Below, in pieces: positions 25,913-38,037 of a stretch of 64,000 nt of DNA (within the stretch, counting starts at the first letter, position 1; every line of letters starts with the position of its first letter). The DNA comes from Harriotta raleighana (taxonomy: Eukaryota). The stretch is taken from contig JBNZDD010013720.1 in NCBI GenBank assembly GCA_050575255.1, positions 9,101,767-9,165,766 on the forward strand, given 5' to 3'. The position numbers and the translations under genes were made by a program. The notes beneath the pieces are model-generated. The model was not told the DNA's origin and did not search any database. It saw only the letters and a program-made list of their open reading frames with translations.

Positions 25913-27059
25913 TCATCCCCAGCTCCATGCTTGATGTCGCCGGTTCTTACCTACTAATAATGCGCTGAATGGTGATAACTCTTCTGTAAACATAAGCACA
26001 GCTCTGTTTTGTTGGCTTTTACACCTCACTTAGCGCCAAAATCTACATAGGCTTAGTTTATAAAACCATTGCTCTTTTAAATTAAGATCAGGCAGAATTG
26101 TGGAAAATTCTTAAATTCAATATTAATTTGGAAGCCATTTCTTCAAACGATCCTTCTTATAAATGAAGGCTGAATTGAAGAAAAATTCTCCAGTTCTGTA
26201 GAATCTTAAATTTTAAGACAAAATGGGTTGGTAAGAGTAAATCTTGGTGGAATTTCAGGCCTCAAATTCTATATAATCCATTAAAAGTAGCATTTGAAAG
26301 GGTGTATTGTAAACACTAATAACATAGTGGACTGAATTTCCAACCAGTCAAATTGTGTAATGTATTTAATGTAACAATTTAAAAAAATGTAAATCCAATC
26401 CCTCAAGATCAACAATTTTTGCGAAATATCAATTCTTATTAAACTTAATTGAAAGTAGGCATGATAAATGTTCAGTAATAATTTTTAAAATCCTATTATT
26501 AAACCTACTTCAGATTCACTTCATGTTTTGAGCAGTTGTTTTACAAATCTAAATTATTTCCAACAGGGAATCAGCCAAATAAAAGTACTGCTTTGATCTT
26601 ACACCTAACTGTCAACTTGGGAGAATCAAAGAGGACGTGCTTTGTGATGTGTAACAAAACATAAGAGTGTATCTGCTTGTTCCTTGTAATTAACACCAAT
26701 TTATTGGCTAGTTACAACACACCAACTAGGTAGATAATGGAAAAATGCCGTGTACCATTTAAACAGTTTCAGAACCTGAGATATGAAAATATGTTAGAAA
26801 TAAGTAATGCAAGACTCAGGCTACAAACACATTCATTAGGACTTTGTGGTAAATTCTGTGAAGCACCATGTGACATTCTCCCAACAAGAATGACACTATA
26901 TTGTCCATGTAATTCGGTCACTACAGTTTATAGTATATTCTGTGACTCGCTTTGAGATGTTTTGAAGACATGACAAGATGCTATATCAAATGCAAGGATA
27001 ATTATTATATCAAATGCAATGATTATTATTATCGTGTATTCCAATGCACACTGATGCTA

Positions 27060-28165
27060 CAACAACAGCAAGAAAATTGTAGAGCGCTATTTATGTTGGG
27101 AGGATGTCACAAGGTACTGAACAGTCAGTGGTTGCATGGAACAGGCTGGAGCCTGCTGAATGGAGAGAGCGAACAGGATGATAGGGGGTCAACAAGTCCA
27201 AGAGGTAGGAGGGTGAAGTGAATGGGTGTGAAGGTGAGAGCAAGGATCTTGAATTCGATCCTCTGAGGAATGGGGAGCCAGTGGAACCAGGCGAGGGTGG
27301 GGTCGCGGAGCCTGGTGCGGGAGGATACGAGTTAAAGAGCTTTAGATGATCTGCAGCTTGTGGAGGGGAGAGTTGGGGAGGCTGACAAAGAGGGAGGTAC
27401 CAAATGCAAGCCTAGAGGTGACAAACGCATGCATAAGGGTTTCAGTAGCCTGATGTGTGAGGCAGTGACCAAGACGGGCGATGTTGCGGAGGTGGTGGAA
27501 GGCGGTGCTGGTCATGGCACAGATATGAGGGTGAAAGAACAGCTAAGGGTCAACCGAGACACCCAGGCTCCTGACTGGCTTGGTTAGGTGGAGTATACAT
27601 CTGTGGATCTGTTGCTGCCAGGGGCTGAGGTGCGGAGGAGCTGATGTGAGCCAATCAGGAGGGCCAGTGTTTTGCTGATGTTCAGCTATAGAAAGTTGTG
27701 TCTCATCCAGGACTTGATGTCTGACAGGCAGTCTGTCAGGATAACAGTACTTCTGGAATTGATGGTGGAGGCAGGGATAGAGTTGGGTGTCATCCGCATA
27801 CATGTGAACATTTACCCTATGTCTGAGGATGATGCCACCAAGGAGGAGCACATAGATGTTCAAAAGGAGGTGACAGAGGACAGAGCCCTGAAGGGTGCAT
27901 TAAATGGTGTGGGGGCTGGAAAAGAAACCATTGACAGAGACAAAATGTGAGAGGTGGAACCTGAACCAGTCAAGGAACCTTCAAGGTTGAGGTGAGTGGA
28001 GCAGCGGTGGAGGAGGATTGAGTGGTCGACAGTATCGAAGGCAGCCGAGAGGATGAGGAGGCAGACGGAACTTTGGTCACAGATGGATAAGATGTCATTT
28101 GTGACCTTGACCAGAGCAGTTTCTGATTGAAGGAGCTCATGGAGGGAGTGGAAGGAGAGCAAAGA
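27060..28165 (-). mobile_element. L2 LINE, 5'-truncated, frameshifted RT
   Basis: ETALVKVTNDIL, SAAFDTVDHSILLHR and HMYADDTQLY (RT catalytic YADD); L2 tail at 27060-27125. Confidence 0.92.
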
Positions 28166-29036
28166 GCAATGGTGTGGTTAGTACTGAAAAATCAATGTTA
28201 GTTTGTCACACCTTATTGCCTGGAATACAGCTGCATTGAAAAAAAATGCTCCTTTTTAGCAGTAAATTCTGTTTACAGTCCACCAAGACACATAATTCAA
28301 TAAATATAAGAAATGATATTGCAAACATCCCTGTGTGCAAACTGATGCTTGCCTACAAAAACAACCAGTTAAATTGATAATAACTACTGTTGAGATATTT
28401 TGAGGTATAGAGCATTATAAAAATGCAAACTATTTGGTACACTTTCTCATTGNGAGATATTTTGAGGTATAGAGCATTATAAAAATGCAAACTATTTGGT
28501 ATACTTTCTCATTGTAAAACTGTAAACTACTTTATTACTTTGCCATTAATTATATGTTACACCCCTTGCAATGCTACACAATATCTTGTTGTTGCTTAGC
28601 ACCAATTCGACAACATAGAGCACATTACAAGCCGTATTGGTATATACCTAAATCTCAGATAAATCGATGCTATATGNGTAAAACTGTAAACTACTTTATT
28701 ACTTTGCCATTAATTATATGTTACACCTCTTGCAATGCTACACAATATCTTGTTGTTGCTTAGCACCAATTCAACAACATAGAGCACATTACCAGCCGTA
28801 TTGGTATATACCTAAATCTCAGATAAATCGTGAGCATTACAAATGCTATATATGAGCATTACAAATGTATGAGTGTTTCCACTGTACAGAAGGACCAGTA
28901 TATTCATGAGTGCTATGTTCATGAGAAATCACACAATTCCAATTGGCGAGAAATTATTATGCAGAAAAACAATTACTTTATCCACCTATCAATTATTTCA
29001 TATACAATAACATACATTGGTTAGCCTTTGACTCAC

Positions 29037-29126
29037 CTCTTTGCTTAAATCGTGGTCACCATCACATAAAGATGAGTTGGGTATGTAAGCGAGCAGGCAG
29101 AGGGAAGAAGTTTTGAAATGCATTCT
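29037..29126 (-). CDS. Candidate 90-nt exon in intron 13: RMHFKTSSLCLLAYIPNSSLCDGDHDLSKE
   Basis: cttgacatcag|AGA...GAG|gtgagt (consensus donor); open only in phase 0. Confidence 0.3.
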
Positions 29127-29995
29127 CTGATGTCAAGATATACAAAGTATTAACATGTAGATTTAGGCCATGTAGGAGATTTGCTAACCTATTCCACTAC
29201 AATGAAAATGGCAACAAATTGTGTGCTAAATTTACGTCTGGTAAGTCCTTGCCATTCAGAAAGCCACCCAAAGCTGAAATCTTAATAACTGTGCTGAAGC
29301 ACATTTTGCTGCAAGTGAATGTCTCATTTGGTTTTAAGCCACAATGTAATCCCATCTCCACAGTAATCTTTTCTTCAAAAAATTAGGGTTTATCTATGTT
29401 TTAAACAATTGTGTCAAACCAACTGCTCTTTCGCTGTATCAGATGGAATGAAACATTGTCCCTAACCCTGTTTGGTCTGCTACTGTACTGTGTGATAACT
29501 AGAGTTTGGTTCAAGTGGGTGGTAGAGCAGTCTGAACAGTCTTCTTACCTTATCCATACTCAGAACCTCAGCAATGGCCTCCCTCCCAGAATATTACTTG
29601 GAGTTTATTGAAAACCAATCTTAGGAGGGATTATAAATTGGCAGAAGTCACTGATACTCCTTACTGATCAGTAATATGGATTACGGTCATCAATTTAATA
29701 TCATTTAGACCACATTTAATAATAATACCAATCCTTGCACTTGATTTAGTTGTGTATCATGTCATTGAAATGTCTCAAATGCACTTCACAGGATACTGTG
29801 AAGTGAATTATATTTTGTGGGTGAAACACAAAATACACAGCTTTTTGTACTTTAAGCTATATCAATTATCTTTTAAGTGTATTTTTAATTTCTCAGTGTG
29901 TTTACAATATATACTACAGCTTCTGTTTCTCCCAGCCTCGGGCAGTGCACAAAGGTACATCTTGGTCTATAGTGGGGCAGAAAGATAAGCCTTAC

Positions 29996-30033
29996 CTCCC
30001 AAGGCTGCCAATGGGCTGACGGTGTCAGACTGC
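29996..30033 (-). CDS. Candidate 38-nt alternative exon in intron 13: (G)SLTPSAHWQPWE
   Basis: gttgctttttacag|GC...GAG|gtaagg; phase 1 to 0 like exon 14; no transcript evidence available. Confidence 0.35.
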
Positions 30034-33000
30034 CTGTAAAAAGCAACATTCTGCATGAGCAAATCGTATGCGCTACATAACTACTCCTGATTCTATGTTT
30101 CCAATTGCTGGCCTGCTGAGAAATATCCCAGCCTCCGAACAAAGTACATTGGAAAGATAACACAATTATACATGGATTTGTCTGTCTGTTGCCCTGTTAC
30201 TATGGGAGTTGGCACACAGTGTAGACAGGGTGATTATACTTGGATGAACTCTGTAATAGAAATGCAGCTTCCAATCTGTTTGAAACCCTAATTTTCCACT
30301 TTTTCTGTTGTTGCTCGTCTAGCAAAGCAACAACAATCTGCTGTTATTCTCACCAAACATTATTTGTCACCGGGTCAAAATAATACTCATTTTAATAGTA
30401 TGAAATTTTGCCAGAAACATAAGCAAAATTATTAGTTGTGAAAAGGTTTAGTCAAGGGAGCGATGTGCACACATCCTTACTGATCAGCAAGGTAAGCAGT
30501 TGGCAAAACAAAAAAATGGTGGCAAGATTGCATAGCAATTAGCAGTTCAGAAAGCATAAGATCTGAAAATATAAACCACTTCTGTAGGAAAACAAATGAC
30601 AAAGATCCCATGCATACAATCAGAACATTATTATTCAAAGTTAATAAGCAGTTTTGATCCAACATGCTTTAACATTCGCCTCAAGCTGAGGATTTCTGCA
30701 GTAATTGGTAACCACAAGTTCATATTACATGCTTTAGTAATCAAAATGTTAGAAAGGAGAGTGTGTTAAACAGACAGTATCGACTCCTGTCAGCCTATTT
30801 ACTCTTCACTTGAATGATATAATGAAAGCTCCATACTGCTTTTCTAAAAAAATCAAAATGAATGAATCCTTTGCCTTTCATGGGCTGGAATTTAAAATTC
30901 TGATACCGTGTAACGAAGAGGTCACCACAGCCACCTGTCTCACTAGGAGACACTGGTCATTGAAAAGCTACTCATTAGGAAAATGAAATCTCACAGGAGC
31001 TAAGGTGATGGGGGTTCAGTGTGACATACTTGCGGCTTCCTGTAAAATTCACATTTCATGTTTGAAGTAATTTTTCCTGTCCAAGCTCCCCATTACATTA
31101 TCTGTTCCCCTGCTGGGCACTCCTTTTTAAGCCCTGAAAGGAAATCCTCCCCCACCCACCAAAACCCCCACCAGTTAATAAATGCACTGATCTTTGGCAG
31201 AGAAAATATATTATTCTCCATTTGGAAGAATACTGACCTCTGGGCAATGAGTAATTTTAATGGAAAATCCCAGGGTAAGTGCAGATCAGCAAAGAATACT
31301 GACACGCAGTCAATAATCACCAAAGATCAGTGTATTTCCTATCAACAAAGGAAATATCCCTTTATATGGAATCACTTAGTGAGAGGGAATTTAAATATGA
31401 CCCGATTCTTCCTAAAGATAGAGGCTGGATGTTTGCCCTCCAGCTAGGCTACATTTGATTAGTTAGCAAACTCAAAAGATTGAAGTGACTGCCAGCCCAA
31501 AATTCCAGTTTGTTCAACCTTGGAGAATATAGGGCAAACTAAGCCTGACTTGGCTGGGCTATGTTCACCGTTCATCCTCCCCTCTCTTCTCACAATGAAT
31601 TACAACTCAAACCATCTTCCTTTTACACCGTAAAGGGGACATCTATAGCTATTTGAATAAGGCAGTTCTCTGACAAAGCTCACATGCCAGTGCTATCTCC
31701 TTACTTTACAACAACCTCATAAACTTGAGATGATATAACATATGTCAATTTTCTATTGTCCAATCTGATTTTATTATTTGTACCCATAATATATCAGAGT
31801 ACACAGAATGGGCTCATGAACAGCTATTCTAGATGTAGCTGGAAATTTAACATTGGCAGCTACTGAGGGCATTCGATAAAATGAAACAGGGCACCACACA
31901 ATAATCATTGCAATCAGGACATATTTATGCGTGATGCTTGTATATATTTTGACAAGCAAGAGGAGGTCAAGGCAAAGGATTAATTTCTGTAAAACTATTC
32001 AGATTTTCTGGCTATTTATAGCACTGTGGTCAATTATTGCAACTCAGTTTACTTTGAGAAATGCAATACTGAATTATGAGGAAAATAAGTGAGTATTGGT
32101 TAATTTTACGTTGTTTTAAAAAACAAAATGATAAAATGTACGACAGCAAAACTGATACTGTCTCTTTAAAGCAGGTTCCTCTCCAAATGAAGCAGTGATC
32201 CTGTTAATAAAGGAAGGAAAGTACAGAGCAATATCTTGGTTTCCCTTAAAAGGAGATAGGATAGCCACCCATCATTAAAGTCTACTCCCCCCATTGCCAA
32301 ATGCTGGCCATTCCTGTTTCCTGAGCCTGTCTTTACCTTAACAGGATCACTGGCTTTAAAACAGGTACCTGAATACAAACATTTGCATTACGGAAACAGA
32401 ACATTCAGACAGCATTTCAAAAAGTGCAAGAACAGTCCACCATGCATTGAAAACAAGGACAGAATAAGAGGAGCCATTTCAAAGATACATGCTGACAGAA
32501 CAACAGTGTTTACAGTGAACAGAAATAAAAGCAAACCTTTTCATATTACTATATTAACCGTGTGGACAAATGACAATAATGAGAATGGAAGCCCCCTGGA
32601 ATCTCTGTTGAAAAAGGATTTTTTTTAAAAAGCACAGATTTAATTCTTGCCCATCGTCAATACTGTACAGTGCTTTAGCTATAGGCTATAAGAGCAGTTA
32701 GTATTCTTAGATACATCTAAGCTTGGTAGTTTTCTCAGGCCTCTGATTTCAAGGCCAAAAAAACTACCCTCACAGGAAGCAAAATAATTATGTCCAATGG
32801 AGCGAATCACTTCATATAGCTTTGATCTGTGATCAAATTTGGATTTTATATCAATCCAACACACTTTAGATCAAAGTGTGTTGGATTCAAAATACTACGA
32901 GATTAGAATAGATAATTTGAGTGAGGAAGCAAGCATCAGACATGACAGCAAGAAATGGCCAATTGGCCTCCTTTTGTGCTGTAATTTTTCTCTAATTCTA

Positions 33001-33799
33001 TCAGGGAAAGTAATGACTTATTTATAAATTCACACTGGAACAGTAACTTGCTTTAGCCTGCTTGCCAACTGGGGATCTGTGCTAGATGGGGAGATGCACT
33101 TACATACAAATATACTTCATTATTTACAGGTTCCAGGAAATGAACCGTGGACTGAGTTTTATTTGCGAGAAGTGCAAATTCATCCAGCATGGCTCAAACC
33201 ATTTAGTATTCTTGAATATGCGATGGAAACAAATTAAAATTCAGCCATAAATATTAATGCAAAGCCTCTGACCTTATGTTGGAACTGGCAAATTAGTATT
33301 CACCTTTTAATTGAAATGCATTTTCAATGTGCTTTCCTATTCGAAATCACTAACGTTTGTAGCAGGAGATTCAAAGGTTTATTCGCTCCACGATTGCAAG
33401 TTAAGGCTTTTGTAAATATAACAGTACAATCAATGCAAAGCGGAGCCTTATTGAGGCTGATCTGGACAATCTTATTTCTGGATGAGGGAGGTTTTCATTT
33501 TTAACACACAGTTTACTAAAGTGGGGGTGAGAACACAGATAACTGTTTGAGAAAGGTCAGATCACAAAAACGGTGTTCTCCGCAGTTCACTCTAAAGAAC
33601 GGGAATTTGATTATGAGACCTATATGGAGTGAAAGGTTTGCTATTTGGAATGATATAGAGGGGTCGTCCAGTAAAATCACAGTTTGTATCGTAAGCGCCT
33701 TTTCTGTCAGTTTTGCCATTGGAGCATTTGGTCAACTTCAGTTCCAGCACAGCAGGACAGAGACTGCACAACTGAAGAATTGAAAGGCCACCTTCAAGG

Positions 33800-34165
33800 C
33801 CAAAGGAGTCTAATGCTAGCATAATCCCAGAAGCCTTATTAAGAAACCTTGTACAGCGGGTACTCGCTTGCTTCACGTCCCCAGCCCTGCCTGCCCCACC
33901 ATCGGCATTTGGGCCTTCAGGCTTCAAGACATCCACTATCTGGAACTCTGTCCTGACACCTTGCCACTTCCCTCATCTACTACAAGGTCCATCTCAAGAA
34001 CTTCCTCTTTTGACTATGCCTTTGATCATCTTCATACCCCTACCTCCCTTGGCCTCCATTTCTCCTGATTCCACCTCCCAGCTTGAGTGCAAACCCTCAA
34101 CTGCCCAGCACCTTGGAACTCCTGACATGAAAAGTGCTGAATAAATGCAATTTGATGCTGTTGTC
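33800..34165 (+). mobile_element. Old L2 3' fragment
   Basis: L2-like 3' region ending CAGCACCTTGGAACTCCTGACATGAAAAGTGCTGAATAAATGCAATTTG. Confidence 0.65.
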
Positions 34166-34299
34166 CACATCCTAGTTGTGAACAATTTGTTCTTGGGGTC
34201 GGGATGGTTTCATAATTAACGATGATAACTCCAAAATGTTCTAAGTCGAAGTTTCACAAGCTTTACTCAAACAGTATAATGGGTGAAGGCATCTCCTGG

Positions 34300-34660
34300 T
34301 ACAGTACTATGTCATACTAACCAGAAAATTGCCAAACACTAAGCTGAATAGGCTGATCAATGCTCCTGGGTAGGGAGAAAACATTTAGTCAATGTTCCCA
34401 TTCATTACCAGTGCCAGACATGATATGTAAAGCGCTCTATCAATTGGAAGGATTATTAATGCTTTCTAATGATTCCTGCTGGTGGGTGCCTGTCTTAAGT
34501 ATCAAGCTCATCTGTGAAGCCCTCATAGATAAATAGTTTGTGATCACTTATTGTCAAGGCTCAAACATGAATAATGGCCACTTTGGCAAAGTACTAATGA
34601 CAACTAGTGCTCATTGAACGCAGCTCAGAAGTCTGGGAAAGGAGGGAAGAAAATTGGTTA
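34300..34660 (+). repeat. Old diverged interspersed repeat, probably a SINE (other copies near 10745, 39375, 41270, 45350, 53830, 60290, 63050)
   Basis: Shared blocks such as ACTGAGCCATACAGACCAG and CATG(T)GAA(G/T)AATGGCCACTT recur across copies. Confidence 0.55.
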
Positions 34661-37600
34661 AATTTAGAAAAATATTCCACAATCCATGGCTAAATTTGCA
34701 AAGTCAGGTTATTTCCATGTATAGTTAGGAGCTAAGGAATCCCAGAGTGGAAATCGTGGAAATTGCAGCATTAGAAAGCCATCGAAAAACTGCTGCTATC
34801 TCACTCACAAAAGATAACTACTGCATTCTAATCTCAATTCCTTGTTCCTTTCCTGTCACCTTTAAAATCCTCTTTTCAAACTAGTTTAGAATGTTTAACT
34901 TTTTCTGCCAGAGACAGGTACGCAAGGTTAGTCAAGGTTTAACATCCTTTGCCTATTGATTCTGGCTTTTCACAAAGATTAAACCCAGAAGAGGACAAAA
35001 GTGTGAGAGGATGATCCTGCATGACTGATATCTATCCCTGGTGTCGAATCAAACACAGGACAAGAAGAGAATGTGTTTTTTCCAAAGGCTAATTTCATTA
35101 GCTTTCTCCAATTTATGGAATAATTGAAGGAGCACTGCTTCTTTAAAATACCGAAAATATAGCATTGATTCTGAGAAACTTCCTATCATTTAATCTGAGT
35201 GCCAGTTTTAGCCGCACTATAAATTTATGTGTGCGCATTAACAGACCAGTACAGTAGCTTACTGTTACTAAAATCATTTCTGATTTTATATCCTACAAAC
35301 TTCCACTGGCAATGCAGGGCTAAGACTCCTGATGCCTCTTCCATCATTCCTGCATTTCTTGGATTGGGATGCCAAGTGGCCTGTCATTTAGCGTGTGATT
35401 GTGCTGCTGTTTTGAAGCAAATGTGACAGATAATGCCACAGCAGGTCTAACGTCAATGGTTATTTAACAACTAGGAATGAATCAATATAAATGTTGGTAA
35501 TGAGACTGCAGTTAATGGTTCTTAGTAACTAGAAAAGTTCACAGATCTTACAATCCATGAAACAAAATGTATCTTTGAGAAAGGCTGAGTTACGGGAGAA
35601 CAAAGCAGCTTCATGGTAAAAGCTCTGATCTAAGTAGATGAGAGGAAGTACAGACCAAAATTCAAGTATCAATTGGCCATTCTGTAGAATTGAGTCCAAT
35701 AGCAATCTTTTCCTCAGTCAAGTTTTATAATACTACTTTCAATGTTGAAGTGGAAACATAAAGGGTAGCCAAATCGTCATTTTGCCAATGAGCTATAGAT
35801 CCACAGCAATTGCTATAAAACAGATTTGGCTTGGGTTTATGACTCATTGGCGCATGCTTATTGGCATCACTCCCCTACCAGCCTAGTCAAAAAATGCTGC
35901 TCAATCAATATTAAGGGCGCACAAGTATAAAAGTCAGTAGTGGTAGGCTGGAGAGGATCACTAGCAACGTGCTTAAGCAGTAACTCAGAATGACAGATTA
36001 CAGGTAATGATCTGGATGTTTTTTAGATCACGAATAGGATCAAACCAAAATGTGCAAGTCTTAATCCTGCTGTGTCTGATGTCAAACTGAAGAATTTCCT
36101 ATCTTAACTATAGTCTCAGACATCTGACTGCAAGCAGTGCATTCATTGCTACTCTCAATTTGATTCAAACTGCCAGAATGGAAACAAAACCAGCACATAT
36201 ACAGTGTACAATTTCCCTCATTCATCTAAAAAGACACTGTACTTTGAATAGCTAATATACTGAGAACATCTTAGCAGTTAGTTTCAGCGCTTTGGGACAT
36301 CCTCCTAACGTGAAAGGCTCTAAACAAGTGTAATTTTGTTGTTGTTAATGCTGCTCCCAAGGTGGTCACATTGTCCAGCCAAAGTAGGTGACTCTTGTGC
36401 CTTGAATTTCTATCAAACCCGACATACAACCAAATTCACAGCTAACAAAAGCGGGATATAGGGCAGAGAAGCTATTTGTATTGTGAATAGTGGCATCTAT
36501 CTTACATATAAATTAATGTAGAAGATCTCTGCAGTATTTCAATACAATAGTTAATGAAGACGAGTAAATTATAATCTTCTATTTAATCTCTTCCTCCTGA
36601 GGCAGGAAGTGTGGATAAAATGGTTTTGGCAGGACTATTATTTTGCCCGGATAATTTAGTTGCAAACCACATCACTGGCCTTGTAAATTGCTATTGAACA
36701 ACATTTTCCCATTATAACATAACACCAGCAAGAAAGCTCTGATCCAGGATAATACCAGATCAGGATAAGAGGCTCTTGTCTGCCATGGTAGTAGATTAAC
36801 TAATCTTTGGAGAATAACTACTTTTAATACCAACTACTACATAGTGAATCAAGCCACTTATTTTAGGTACATATATATGTGAAAAAAAAGTAAAGAAACT
36901 CTACCTTTTAATTCTTTTAGGATCTTTAACCACATCTCCATATCAAGAATTACTTTAGTTTTTGTCTAAATGCTTTACCAAACAACAACAAATAAACTCA
37001 TTGAAAAGGACAAACCAAACTACTGCACAAGTGAAAGCACTAACCAATGCCATTCTCATCACATTGCTACTAATCTGTTATACCTTTACGAGATATCTCA
37101 GAAACATGAAGGCAATATTCTGATACCTGAATATGCATCAGATCATTTCACACCTCAGGAGTCATTTATGAGTTTTTCGAGATACACCACATTAGAACAC
37201 CTTATTGGAGCAATTGAAGCTCTGCCAGGTTTACTCAGTTACACGGTAAGAGTTTCGGGCAGGAACAATAGAATCCAATTCAATACAGACTAGGGCTAAA
37301 TGATCCATTTAATCTATCTTTCTGACCTCCCAAAAAATCTCTTACAACACATCCATCTCATCACCTATCCTTGCACTTTCCAGGAACCTGTCTAAATTTC
37401 TCTTTGAAACCCTTTATAATAATTAATTCCATGGATACTGTGATTTAGCAGATATGCAATACCACAAATAAGTACAGGACACAATTGGATAAACAGTCTG
37501 AGGTACTGCTCACTCCACCACAACCTCAGAAACCACAAGTGACAAAGTCACGGAGGTTATGAAAAACACAGCCAGACTCTATATTCTCTTTAAGCCACAG

Positions 37601-38037
37601 AGAAGCACTTTGACATGTAATCTAGTACACATTTATCAATGTAATTTTTCACTATACGGAAACACAGTAAAGGCAGTCAGTTGAGTTTCTTTGCAATGCC
37701 AGCAGGAAGCTGCTATGTCAGAGACAATGGGTCTATTGCAAGCCATTTGCTGAAAATAATCTTTTCATTTCTGTACTTCCTTCTAATGGGATCTCCCATT
37801 CCAGAACAAGTACAAAAAGGTTCCCATTGTTAGCGATCGTTAATGTGATAAACCTATTCTTGTGACTTTGGAAAGAGAGTGTTGCTCAAGAATTAGTTGA
37901 GTAGCACAAAGGTATTTGGTGGTCTCTGATGCCACATCTATATAAACACCAACAATAGCTCATGGACAGGACGACAAACAACTGGCTAATGAAAAGACAT
38001 GTTGCAAACTGAATGCTCCAGTTCTGGAGGAATACAG

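Noticed and set aside
28392-28830. Direct repeats resembling an array or CRISPR
   Set aside because: Eukaryotic intron, two-copy duplications abutting N bases, no spacer structure.
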